A stretch of DNA of 64,000 nucleotides from contig CAWJEN010000005.1 of NCBI GenBank assembly GCA_963841915.1, forward strand, positions 704,001 to 768,000, given 5' to 3'. The stretch's first letter is position 1; each line of letters starts with the position of its first letter. The notes under the pieces were generated by a model. It was not told where the DNA came from, ran no database searches, and was given only the letters and a program-made list of their open reading frames with translations. Positions 31,258 through 40,275 of the stretch are shown here, piece after piece. This stretch comes from an uncultured Planctomycetota bacterium (GTDB lineage Bacteria; Planctomycetota; Phycisphaerae; Tepidisphaerales; Tepidisphaeraceae). The position numbers and the translations under genes are program-made.

Positions 31258-32454
31258 ATGGTCCGACACCTTCTTTGCGGCTTGAGTTCCCTTGCCTTCT
31301 GTGCTGTCGCGGCGGCGTCGCCGGCGGTCGACAAGGCCCAACAGGCGGTCGAGGAAGGCCTTGCCTTTCTGGCCGACCAGCAGCAGGCCGACGGCACGTG
31401 GCAGCCTGTCGAGCAGGTGCCGCCTGCCGTGACGGCGCTCGTGCTTCGGGCGTTCGTCGACAGCGACAGCTACGGCCCCGACGACGACCTGGTCCGCCGC
31501 GGGTACGACGCCCTCATCGCCCAGCAGGTCGAAGGTGGCGGGATTTATGATGACTTGCTGGCGAACTACAACACAGCCATCAGCGTCAGCTCGCTCGCCG
31601 CCGCCCGGGCCGAGGCGGGTGACGACCGGTACAGCGACTCCATCAACAATGCCGTCGGCTACCTGCGCAAACTGCAGTGGACGCCCGAGACGCGTGCCGA
31701 CTTTGCCGGTGAAGATGCCTCGGCGACCGTCGGTGGCGAAGACGACGCCTTCTACGGCGGATGGGGCTACGGCGGCAGGTCTCGCGGTGACGGGCGGCCC
31801 GACCTCTCCAACGCGGCCATGGCCCTCGAAGCCCTGCACGAAGCAGGCGTCGACAAGGACGACCCGGCGTTCGAACGGGCGCGCCTGTTCGTCACCCGTC
31901 TGCAGAACCGCAGCGAAAGCAACGGCCAATCGTGGGCCGGCGACGACGGCGGGTTCGTCTACTCCCCCGACGCCGACCGCACGGGTGAAAGCTTTGCCGG
32001 TGAGTTCGTCACGCCCGACGGTGATCGGCGCTTGCGCAGCTACGGCTCGATGACGTATGCCGGGCTCAAGAGCATGATCTACGCCGGCCTCGATCGCGAC
32101 GACCCGCGCGTCCAAGCGGCCGTCGCCTGGGCGGGTGACAACTGGACGCTCGAGGCCAACCCCGGCATGGCCGCAATGGGCGACGACCGTGCGGAATGGG
32201 GCCTTTTCTACTACTACCTCGTGCTCGCGCGGGCACTCGACGCCTACGACGAGCCGACGCTGGAGACGCGTGACGGCCAGGTCGATTGGCGACTAGCGCT
32301 GATCGACGCACTCGGTGAGCGGCAGCAGGCCGACGGCTCGTGGGTCGGCAACGCCAAGTGGCGTGAGAACGACCCGACGATGACGACCGCCTACAGCGTG
32401 CTGGCGTTGAACGTCGCGCTCAAAGACCTCCGCGAGCATCCGCCGACGGAGTAA
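31258..32454 (+). CDS. Secreted prenyltransferase/squalene-oxidase-repeat (alpha/alpha barrel) protein
   Basis: Signal peptide; QQADGTW, GGWGY, DLSNA, DGGFVY, YGSMTYAGLKS, QQADGSW. Confidence 0.85.
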   Translation: MVRHLLCGLSSLAFCAVAAASPAVDKAQQAVEEGLAFLADQQQADGTWQPVEQVPPAVTALVLRAFVDSDSYGPDDDLVRRGYDALIAQQVEGGGIYDDLLANYNTAISVSSLAAARAEAGDDRYSDSINNAVGYLRKLQWTPETRADFAGEDASATVGGEDDAFYGGWGYGGRSRGDGRPDLSNAAMALEALHEAGVDKDDPAFERARLFVTRLQNRSESNGQSWAGDDGGFVYSPDADRTGESFAGEFVTPDGDRRLRSYGSMTYAGLKSMIYAGLDRDDPRVQAAVAWAGDNWTLEANPGMAAMGDDRAEWGLFYYYLVLARALDAYDEPTLETRDGQVDWRLALIDALGERQQADGSWVGNAKWRENDPTMTTAYSVLALNVALKDLREHPPTE

Positions 32455-32510
32455 GCCTGCAGTCACCGGCGCTTGTTCGGAGCGAACGTTTGTCTTGTGC
32501 AGGAACCCGA

Positions 32511-32714
32511 GAGCCGCGGTCCCACGGACCGCTGGTCTGACGACGTTGACAGCACCAGCGTCGTGTCCTGCGGAAAGGCAGGTTGTTCGACCGGAAAGGC
32601 AGGTTGTTCGACCGGAAAGGCAGGTTGTTCGACGCGATCGGGCAAGCCTGCCGGCAAGACGCAGGTCGGGTGCTGCGTTTACCGTCAGACCGGCGGTCCG
32701 TGGGACCGCGGCTC
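32511..32714. repeat. REPIN/MITE-like element: 32-bp inverted termini enclosing a 3x21-bp tandem repeat
   Basis: 32511-32542 vs 32683-32714 complementary at 31/32; CGGAAAGGCAGGTTGTTCGAC x3 at 32571-32633. Confidence 0.9.
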
Positions 32715-32727
32715 GAGGAAATTTGCC

Positions 32728-33174
32728 ATGAACTGCACGATTCGATCGATCGAGGCGAGCCGGACGCATGACCTGCGGCAGCGGGTGTTGCGGCCGACGC
32801 TGGATGTGGAGGCCATGCGGTTTCCGGGTGACGAGGCCGCAGTTCATCTCGGCGCGTTCGTTGGCACGCGGCTGATCGGGATTGCCAGCTTCTACGAAGA
32901 GGCCATGCCGAGTGACGCGCTTGCCGATGACTGGCGGCTGCGGGGGATGGCGGTCGATCCGTCGGCTCAAGGCGGCGGCGTCGGGTCGATGGTGCTCCGG
33001 GCGGGCATTGCGGCGGTCCAACAACGCGGCGGTGCGAGGCTCTGGTGCAACGCCCGAGAGGTCGCGACAGGGTTCTACACCTTCCACGGCTTTGGCATTG
33101 TCAGTGACCGCTTCGACATCGAAGACATCGGGCCGCACTTTGTGATGGCGAGACCGGTGCGGGTAACGGGCTGA
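32728..33174 (+). CDS. GNAT family N-acetyltransferase
   Basis: LRQRVLRP, WRLRGMAVDPSAQGGGVG, LWCNAR...GFY, IGPH. Confidence 0.92.
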   Translation: MNCTIRSIEASRTHDLRQRVLRPTLDVEAMRFPGDEAAVHLGAFVGTRLIGIASFYEEAMPSDALADDWRLRGMAVDPSAQGGGVGSMVLRAGIAAVQQRGGARLWCNAREVATGFYTFHGFGIVSDRFDIEDIGPHFVMARPVRVTG

Positions 33175-33195
33175 CATTGAACGGCACGAACCAAA

Positions 33196-33230
33196 CGGGT
33201 CACTGTCGCAGCAAGTGCGACAGCGACCCG
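33196..33230. terminator. Hairpin between convergent genes (probable terminator)
   Basis: CGGGTCACTGTCGCA-GCAAG-TGCGACAGCGACCCG. Confidence 0.55.
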
Positions 33231-33262
33231 ATCCACGCCAATGGACTCTTCAGCAGCACCAG

Positions 33263-33296
33263 GCCAGGTCGACCCTTTAGCCAGGTCGACCCTTTA
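33263..33296. repeat. 17-bp tandem duplication overlapping a stop codon
   Basis: GCCAGGTCGACCCTTTA x2. Confidence 0.85.
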
Positions 33297-33878
33297 GTTG
33301 AGGACGATGACCTTCTCGAGGATGAGGTGGTTGGTGCCGCGGTATTCGGTGACGCGTCCGGTGACGCGGAAGCGGCGGTCGGTGCCGCTGCGGATGGCCG
33401 ACTCGATGGCCATGAGGTTCAGGTTGGGCACGAGGGTCATGGGCGGGTCACCTGCCGCGGCCGGGCCGACACCGTCGGAGGCGAAGGTGAACAGCAATGC
33501 GCCGTCATCGGTCCGCCGCACGGAGCCGACGCGGTCGATGACGAAGGTGCCTTCCCGCAGCAGTCGACGGGCACCGACGTCCGGAGCCACATCAGGCCGA
33601 CGCGCCTCAGGTTGCGGCTGGGTCTGCGTTGCCGGACGGCTTTGCGGTGCAGCATCGTCGGCCGTCGGTGGACGGTCGAGCAGACGATCCAGAATCGCAT
33701 CGGCCGGGTTGTGCACCGACTGTGTCGTCGGCGTGATCGAGTTAGTCCGACGACCTTCGTACGGCCGATAAGCGTCCTGCCCCGCCGCCGTCGGCACGAG
33801 GAAGGCCGCTGCGCAGCAACCCAGGGCGAGGGCGGCGAGTCGCGGGCGGAGAATGGCGTTGAAAAAGTTGCGTGGCAT
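33294..33878 (-). CDS. Secreted hypothetical protein
   Basis: Signal peptide; C-terminal LLREGTFVIDR...LVPNLNLMAIE...FRVTGRVTEYRGTNHL domain. Confidence 0.75.
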   Translation of the reverse strand: MPRNFFNAILRPRLAALALGCCAAAFLVPTAAGQDAYRPYEGRRTNSITPTTQSVHNPADAILDRLLDRPPTADDAAPQSRPATQTQPQPEARRPDVAPDVGARRLLREGTFVIDRVGSVRRTDDGALLFTFASDGVGPAAAGDPPMTLVPNLNLMAIESAIRSGTDRRFRVTGRVTEYRGTNHLILEKVIVLN

Positions 33879-33996
33879 TGGCGTGCGTCCGTGCGGGTCA
33901 GGCCGTCTCCGTCGATGGATGGGCCACATCCAAGCTACGATTCAACATCGGGCGTGTGCAAATGGAATTTCTGCGACGTCCGTGACGTCGTTGCCG

Positions 33997-35503
33997 TCAC
34001 CACGTGTACTTGACGGTGTAGGTCACGACCTTCTCTTCGTCGGGGGCGACCGTGACCGGGAAATGGACCGTGCGGGCGTCAATCTTCTCAAAGTCGTCGC
34101 TGTGGTCGACGATCTCCCAGGTGGCCCAGCGGAACAGGTTCTCCTTGACGAGCACCTTGACCGCCTGGTCTTCCTTGCGGTTGCGGAGCTTGATCTCGAA
34201 CGACTCGGTGATGGTGCGGCCGCGTTCGTCGAGCTGGTAGTCGGTTTGCTTCCGCTCGCCGACGACGTCGAACGCGCTGCCGAGCTTGACGAGCACGGTC
34301 TCTTCGCGGGCGGTGTGGTCGATCACGTCTTCGCCGACGAATTCGAGCGTGTTGTCGGCGTCGTCCTGCTTGTAGACCCGCAGCTTACCGGCCGGCAGCG
34401 GGACGCCCAGGCCGTCGTCCTCGGCGTTCTTGAAGGTCAGGTAGACGTCGACCTTGTTGTTCGACTGGTTGCCGAGATTGCGATCGGTGTAGGCGTCGGA
34501 GCCGTAGCGGAAGCCGCGGAACTGGTCACCCAGGCCGTAGTAGACGAAGACCTTCTCAGCCGGCACGGCTTCGGCGGCGTCGAAGAGTTCGATCTGCTTG
34601 GTGGAGTTGTCCGGCAGGCTCGTCGGGCGGCCCAGCGTGTAGAGGTGGTACTCGAAGAAGCTTTTCTCCTCGAAGCCCTCAGCATCCTGCACGGCCGATT
34701 CTCCATTCGCGTCATCCGCAGGTCTGTAGTCGTTCTGCTGCGGCGTGACGCGTTGCACGTCGCCTGCCACGAGCTTGAGCTTGGCGTTGTCGAACGTCAC
34801 GCCACTCTGGTTGACGACGGTGACCCAACTGCCGACATCGACGGCGGTGTCGTCAGAGTTGATGATGACGCTGTAGTCGGCCCGCCAGGTGAGGCCGGTC
34901 GTCTGATACGTCAGCCGCACCGGCCGCTCGCCGGCGGTATCGGTCATGAGGTCCCAGACGAGCGTCGGCTCGAGGATGAGCCCTTGCGTGTCGGGGAACT
35001 CGATGTTGCTGACAAAGCCGGCGAAGTTGCCGCTGGGCTGAATGCGGACGACGCCGTCGGGCTCGCGATAGACGAGGCTGCCTCCGCTGACGCTGAGCAA
35101 TTCGACCGGCTCGCCGTCGGTGCGATTGAGGGATCTGGCCGACGAACTTTTCGAGGAGCTTGCCTGCGTCGAGGAGGTCGTACTCGTAGCTCTGCTCGAC
35201 GACGGTGATGGGGTCGCCGAGGCTTTCGACGCGAACGGTCGAGGGGTCGATACCTGCTGCGACGCCGGTGAAGCGTTGGACGCTGCGGCCCTGGTCGAGG
35301 TCGAGCGAGCGGGTGACGCGGACGACGCCGTAACCGGGGAAGTTCTGGCGGTAGTAGTACGGATTTTGAAGGCGTTGCTGTTCGAGCTGGCCCAGGTCCA
35401 TCGAGGCCGGGTCGGCGGTGGAGTAGACGGTGAGGGCGACCTCATCGGCGGCGGCGTAGGCAGAGGTCATCAGCAGGGCGGAAAGGGCGAGGCGTTTGAG
35501 CAT
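33997..35503 (-). CDS. DUF4139-domain secreted protein; frameshift near 35130
   Basis: ALTVYS...VVEQSYEYDL in one frame; LTYQTTGLTWRADY, LKLVAGDV, FFEYHLYTL, PLPAGKLRVY, FVGEDVIDHT in the next. Confidence 0.8.
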
Positions 35504-35728
35504 GGCGATCGTGGTGAGGGTACTTCATGAGAGGGACGAACCGGTCGAAGGTTTCTTAACTCGCCGCCGTCGCGGCCGCGGCGGCGCACCGGGTAAACGA
35601 CACCGCGGCGCACGGCGGCGAACGACCCGCCGACGGCGAGGCTTGCACGTTTTGCCTGCTCCGTGCTGCACCACGGACGAACCGCCAACGCAAAGTGCGG
35701 GAGTGGGCTGCTCGAAAACGGGTCAAAT

Positions 35729-35744
35729 TGTTCCACGTGGAACA
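35729..35744. promoter_or_regulatory. parS centromere-like site
   Basis: Perfect palindrome TGTTCCACGTGGAACA. Confidence 0.9.
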
Positions 35745-35803
35745 ACGGCCGAGCTTCCAACCCTTCGCCACGACGCCCGATCGACGTCGGCGGACCCGCA
35801 GAA

Positions 35804-35819
35804 TGTTCCACGTGGAACA
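35804..35819. promoter_or_regulatory. parS centromere-like site
   Basis: Perfect palindrome TGTTCCACGTGGAACA. Confidence 0.9.
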
Positions 35820-35908
35820 TCTGCCCCGCCGCCAAACCCATTTGGCCGCCGCGGCGCAACAGATTAGTTGCCTTGCGGCTCGGCCGTGTCGCGTGGTATG
35901 CCGGCCGC

Positions 35909-36535
35909 ATGCGCCTTGCCCTGCCGATGTTGATGTGTCTGTTCGCGATCGTCGGCTGCAAGAGCAGCCCGATGCCGGGTACGAAACCCCCGACGTCGAA
36001 GGTGCTCGACGTCTCACCGACCGACGCCGACGCAGAGGGTTTCGACCTGGACGTGAAGGTGCAGATCGAGAACCGGATGGTCGTCCCGTTCGATGTGGGC
36101 GACGTGAAGTACACGTTCTCGGTCGAAGGCGTTGAGGTAGCCGACACGACGGCACAGTTCGGCGCAGTCATCGCGCCGGGGGCGAAGGAGACGGTCATGT
36201 TCAAGATCCCCGTCGGCTGGTCAGATCTGCGCAAGGTCGTGAGCAAGCTGCCTGAGGGCGATCTGGCCCGGGTGACGATGACGTTCGACGGCGAGATGAT
36301 GTTGCCGGGTGTGCCGCTCGTCGAGTCGACGGCGGTGGGCCAGACGACGACCATCAACCTTCGCCAGCAGATCAAAGAGGCGGCGTCGCTGCCGGACGCG
36401 TTCACCAATAGCGACTTTTCCGGGTTTGTGACCGATGTGAAGGCATCGATGCCGAGTCAGCTGCCGGCGAGTGTGACGCAGGCGCTCGACGACGCCGCCT
36501 CGGCCATGCCGGACGTGCCCGAGCTGGACCTGTGA
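35909..36535 (+). CDS. LEA_2/WHy-domain lipoprotein
   Basis: Lipobox IVGC; FDLDVKVQIENRMVVPFDVGDVKYTFSVEG beta-sandwich pattern. Confidence 0.7.
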   Translation: MRLALPMLMCLFAIVGCKSSPMPGTKPPTSKVLDVSPTDADAEGFDLDVKVQIENRMVVPFDVGDVKYTFSVEGVEVADTTAQFGAVIAPGAKETVMFKIPVGWSDLRKVVSKLPEGDLARVTMTFDGEMMLPGVPLVESTAVGQTTTINLRQQIKEAASLPDAFTNSDFSGFVTDVKASMPSQLPASVTQALDDAASAMPDVPELDL

Positions 36536-36596
36536 GTCACCAGCGGCGGGATCGCAACTTGCCCCGGACCGTCGGCTACCGGTAGGCTGGCCGGTT

Positions 36597-37148
36597 GTGC
36601 CAGGTGACGACGATCCGCATTCGACAAGAGTCCTCATCGCCTCGGGGCGTGACCATCCGGGCGTGCTCGACGAAGTGGCCGCCTTTGCCGCTGACCGACG
36701 GCTTCGCATCGAAGCGGTTCGCACGGTGTCCATCGGCGGGCACTTTGCGATGACGCTTCGCGTGTCGGGTGCCGAGTCATCGCTGGAGCAGGCAGACAGG
36801 GAGCTGACGATCCTGAGCGAGCGGACAGGCTCGATGGTGCGGATGGAGGCCGATCTCGGGGACGACACGTCTTCCGAGGCCAGCTACGCGTTGTACCTCT
36901 CAGCCGGCACCGCGGCAGACGCGGCAGACGTCTCGCAGACGCTTCGCCACGCGGGCAATCTCATGCGGGTACTGCGCGTCAACATCAGCCACATCGGCAC
37001 CAGCAACGAGCCGGGTGATCCGTTCGATGCCGAGTTCCGCGTGTCACTGCCAAACGATGTGCCTGCCTCGAAGTTTCGCGAGTTGCTGGGTCAGTTGTTC
37101 GACGACCTGGGCGTCGGCTGGGAGCTGCGGGCAGACGTGGACGGCTGA
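36597..37148 (+). CDS. ACT-domain protein (GcvR-like)
   Basis: ASGRDHPGVLDEVA...IGGHFAMTL; two ACT-sized halves. Confidence 0.75.
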   Translation: MPGDDDPHSTRVLIASGRDHPGVLDEVAAFAADRRLRIEAVRTVSIGGHFAMTLRVSGAESSLEQADRELTILSERTGSMVRMEADLGDDTSSEASYALYLSAGTAADAADVSQTLRHAGNLMRVLRVNISHIGTSNEPGDPFDAEFRVSLPNDVPASKFRELLGQLFDDLGVGWELRADVDG

Positions 37149-37153
37149 GCGAA

Positions 37154-37169
37154 TGTTCCACGTAGAACA
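37154..37169. promoter_or_regulatory. parS site (one mismatch)
   Basis: TGTTCCACGTAGAACA in a short intergenic gap. Confidence 0.8.
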
Positions 37170-37193
37170 CGACGAGGCGTGTAGCCTGCGGGC

Positions 37194-38201
37194 ATGAAGG
37201 TCAGCGTTTTCAGTGCAAAGTCTTACGACCGTCGGTTCCTGGACGGGGCCAACGATGCCGCAGGGTCGCCGCACGTGTTGTCGTTTCACGAGCCGCGTCT
37301 CTCGGCAGAGACGGCCGTGCTGGCCAAAGGTCGCAAGGCTGTCTGCGCGTTCGTGAACGACGACCTCGGTGCCGACACGCTGGCTGCGTTGGCGGAGGTG
37401 GGCGTGCGGTTCGTCGCGTTGCGATGCGCGGGCTTCAACAACGTCGACCTCGACGCGGCGCAGCAGCACGACATCAGGGTCGCACGCGTTCCGTCGTACG
37501 CACCGGCCGGTGTGGCCGAGCATGCAGTAGCGCTCATGATGGCGCTCAACCGGCACCTGCCCCGCGCGTACAACCGGGTCCGCGAAAACAACTTTGCCCT
37601 GGCAGGTCTGCTCGGATTCGAGATGAAGGGCAAGACGGCGGGTGTCATCGGCACCGGTCAGATCGGGGCGGCGGCGTGTCGGATTCTGCTGGGCTTCGGC
37701 ATGAAAGTTCTCGCCTTCGACACCACGCCGAGCGACGAGCTTGTCGCAGCAGGCGTGACCTATCGCGATCTCGACGACGTGCTCGCGGCGAGTGATGTCG
37801 TCACGCTCCACCTGCCGCTTGTCGAGCAGACACATCACCTCATCGACGAGCGGGCGCTTGGCCGCATGAAGTCGGGTGTCATGCTCATCAACACCTCGCG
37901 CGGCGGCCTCATCGATACGAAGGCTGCCATCGCTGCGCTGAAGCGCGGGCACCTCGGCTCGCTCGGGCTCGACGTCTACGAAGAAGAAGACGGTCTCTTC
38001 TTCGAAGACCGCAGCGGCGCGATGATGGGCGACGACGTTTTTGCCCGACTGCTGACGTTTCCCAACGTGCTCATCACCGGGCACCAAGCGTTTTTTACCG
38101 AAGAAGCGTTGACGAACATTGCCGAAACGACGATTGATAACCTGACCCAGTTTGACGAGCATGGCACGTGCGACAAAGCCGTGTCAGCGTCAAACCTGTG
38201 A
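37194..38201 (+). CDS. ldhA: D-lactate dehydrogenase (D-2-hydroxyacid dehydrogenase)
   Basis: ALRCAGFNNVD, RVPSYAP, GTGQIG, INTSRGGL, GLDVYEEE, TGHQAFFT. Confidence 0.92.
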   Translation: MKVSVFSAKSYDRRFLDGANDAAGSPHVLSFHEPRLSAETAVLAKGRKAVCAFVNDDLGADTLAALAEVGVRFVALRCAGFNNVDLDAAQQHDIRVARVPSYAPAGVAEHAVALMMALNRHLPRAYNRVRENNFALAGLLGFEMKGKTAGVIGTGQIGAAACRILLGFGMKVLAFDTTPSDELVAAGVTYRDLDDVLAASDVVTLHLPLVEQTHHLIDERALGRMKSGVMLINTSRGGLIDTKAAIAALKRGHLGSLGLDVYEEEDGLFFEDRSGAMMGDDVFARLLTFPNVLITGHQAFFTEEALTNIAETTIDNLTQFDEHGTCDKAVSASNL

Positions 38202-38630
38202 CTACAGGTGAATCCGCTTGCGTTGCTCAGCCGGCAGGAGCGTGCAGGCGGCGTTGGTGTCGACCTTGCCAAAGGTCTTGTAGCGGATGGCGGCGACCAT
38301 TCGGTAACCGAGGTCGCGGATCGGTCGCGGGATGATGCGGAACCAGCCGAGCACCTTGTAGAGGCCGTCGAGTCGGCTGGCGATTCGCAGTGCCGCGGTC
38401 GAGTGGCTCGAGACGGTGCCGTCGCGATCGACGAGCAGAATGGAGTCGCGGTAGTCGGCAGCGTAGCCGTTGGCCTCGAGAATCTGCCGGCCGCCATCGC
38501 TTTGCAGCGGCATGAAGTGGAATTGCCCCTGTTTGTCGTGGTTCAAGACGAAACGCATCGACTTGTCACACAATCCGCACTCGCCGTCGTACAGCATGAG
38601 CGGCCGTGGGATGTCAGCATTGTCAGTCAT
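38202..38630 (-). CDS. DCC1-like thiol-disulfide oxidoreductase (DUF393)
   Basis: LYDGECGLC, PLQS, IPRPIRDLGYRMVAAIRYKTFG. Confidence 0.92.
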   Translation of the reverse strand: MTDNADIPRPLMLYDGECGLCDKSMRFVLNHDKQGQFHFMPLQSDGGRQILEANGYAADYRDSILLVDRDGTVSSHSTAALRIASRLDGLYKVLGWFRIIPRPIRDLGYRMVAAIRYKTFGKVDTNAACTLLPAEQRKRIHL

Positions 38631-39583
38631 GCGGGTACGGCCTCGACCGCAAGGATACGCTTGGCGCGGTAGCACGCGATCAACCAGGCCCACGGGACGA
38701 AGAAGGCGTAGGCCGGTAGGAACGGCCAGAAGTAGACGCCGAACAGCAAAGCGATGTTGGCCTGCATGCCAAACATGAGCGGCACGAAAAACAGTCGTGC
38801 CTTTCGGCTGACGAGCACGAGCGGGAACAGGCACTCGCCCACCAGCGTCATGATGCCGGCCATCCAGACGAACGGCTTGAAGTAGGCAAGCTGAATGCCC
38901 CAGTCGACGAGCGGATCGTTGTCGTAGAAGTGCCCGAGCATCATCGGCGTAAACGACTCGGGCGACACCCAACTGAGCCCGGCCAATCGCACTTTCTGCC
39001 AGCCAGCGAATGAGAACACGATCGTCATCAAGATCCAAACAACGCGGATCGGCCAGCGATACTCGCCTGACAGTTGGCTCAGCTTGCGTGCCCCGAACCA
39101 GCCGAACCGCCTGTCGAGGCTGAAGGCGGCGTTGCAGTGGGACATGGCCAGCGTGACCAGCATGAAGATGACGATCGGCTCGCTGTGGCTGACCTTGCCA
39201 AAGGCGGTGCGTAGCCCGAGGAAGTAGAACGCCAGCACCGCCGCCGTGATGAGGCTGGCACGGGTCATGAGGCCGAACATGCCACCGAGCAGCGACAGTG
39301 CGAACACGGACTGCAGCACGCCGACGGCAGTATCGCTCAGCGTCGCGTTGTGACCGAGCAGGCCGAAGAGACCGACGCGGTCGTAGTGCGTCGTAGCAAT
39401 GAGGTTCCAGCCGCGGAAGTCAGTCAGTAGGCCGTAGTAGACGAACAACCAGCCGCACACGATGATCCGGCAGATCGCCAGCGGTTGCGGCGATTCGGGC
39501 GTAAAGAAGTAGCGACTTGGCCATGCGGCCGGGGCCGGCTGCCTGTGGGCCGAAGCATCAGATTTCTTGGAAAAAGCGTTCAA
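38627..39583 (-). CDS. HTTM-domain membrane protein
   Basis: YFFTPESPQPLAICRI, GLMTRAS, FGKVSH, FSLD, WPIR, FAGWQK, ECLFP. Confidence 0.75.
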   Translation of the reverse strand: MNAFSKKSDASAHRQPAPAAWPSRYFFTPESPQPLAICRIIVCGWLFVYYGLLTDFRGWNLIATTHYDRVGLFGLLGHNATLSDTAVGVLQSVFALSLLGGMFGLMTRASLITAAVLAFYFLGLRTAFGKVSHSEPIVIFMLVTLAMSHCNAAFSLDRRFGWFGARKLSQLSGEYRWPIRVVWILMTIVFSFAGWQKVRLAGLSWVSPESFTPMMLGHFYDNDPLVDWGIQLAYFKPFVWMAGIMTLVGECLFPLVLVSRKARLFFVPLMFGMQANIALLFGVYFWPFLPAYAFFVPWAWLIACYRAKRILAVEAVPA

Positions 39584-40230
39584 TCCAGCTCCTTGCCGTC
39601 AACACCTGCAACGGCTTGATCGCTCACCGACGGCTCTTCCTCGAAGCGGCCGATCCATCGGCCCGCGTACCAGCCTTTGCCACGCCGCAGCACGTCAAAT
39701 GGAACCAGCGTCGGCTCGTGGCCGCCAAGGAAGACCTGGCCCTTGAGCTCCCGCTCGTCGGGCGTGTAGCGATTGGCGACATCTGCCCGGAAGAAGTGTC
39801 GCTCGACGTACAACCGCATCCCGACGAGCTGTGGCCCGTCGTGGCCGAGCTGCTGCCTTTTGCCTTCGTAAAGTGCTGCCCAGGCGATCAGGCGATCGTG
39901 AAACTCGTCTTGCGTGGTCGAGCCGTGCAGCGTGCGGTTGAGCACGCGATGCAGGCGACCGCGGTCGATGGGCTGGAAGTGAGCTGCGGACAGTCGCGTC
40001 TCAGACCCGTCGGCCGAGACGCCGTAAAGCATCATGACGTGATGCGGGTCACTTCTGTAGAGCCTGCTGTAAAGCCGGTACGGGCTGAACGGCCACAGCT
40101 CCGACTTGTCGATGATCGCGACGCTGTGACCGACGATCAGGATCGCCAACCAGGCGTAGACCATCAGCCGGCGGCTTGGCTTCATGTCAGGAGCCGGCGC
40201 AGCGACAGGCTCATCGGGTGCATTTGGCAC
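39580..40230 (-). CDS. Membrane-anchored hypothetical protein (putative HTTM partner)
   Basis: One TM helix then ELWPFSPYRLYS; stop overlaps the HTTM start; alternative start at 40185. Confidence 0.65.
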   Translation of the reverse strand: MPNAPDEPVAAPAPDMKPSRRLMVYAWLAILIVGHSVAIIDKSELWPFSPYRLYSRLYRSDPHHVMMLYGVSADGSETRLSAAHFQPIDRGRLHRVLNRTLHGSTTQDEFHDRLIAWAALYEGKRQQLGHDGPQLVGMRLYVERHFFRADVANRYTPDERELKGQVFLGGHEPTLVPFDVLRRGKGWYAGRWIGRFEEEPSVSDQAVAGVDGKELD

Positions 40231-40275
40231 AGTGAATGTATCGCCACGCGAGGCCGTGCACTTCAACTGGCCATG

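Noticed and set aside
29713..32115. 800-aa minus-strand ORF and the many other long antisense or alternate-frame ORFs
   Set aside because: They shadow well-supported genes (comM, prenyltransferase-repeat protein), have no recognisable motifs, and are expected in high-GC DNA
31258..32454. Squalene-hopene cyclase or terpene cluster
   Set aside because: Single barrel with a signal peptide, no DXDD motif and no neighbouring hpn genes
32571..32633. 3x21-bp repeat as a CRISPR array
   Set aside because: The units are directly adjacent with no spacers, and there are no cas genes in the window
32473..32727. N-terminal extension of the GNAT protein with GKAGCST repeats
   Set aside because: It is read-through of the hairpin element; an AGGA-preceded ATG at 32728 gives a normal-length GNAT
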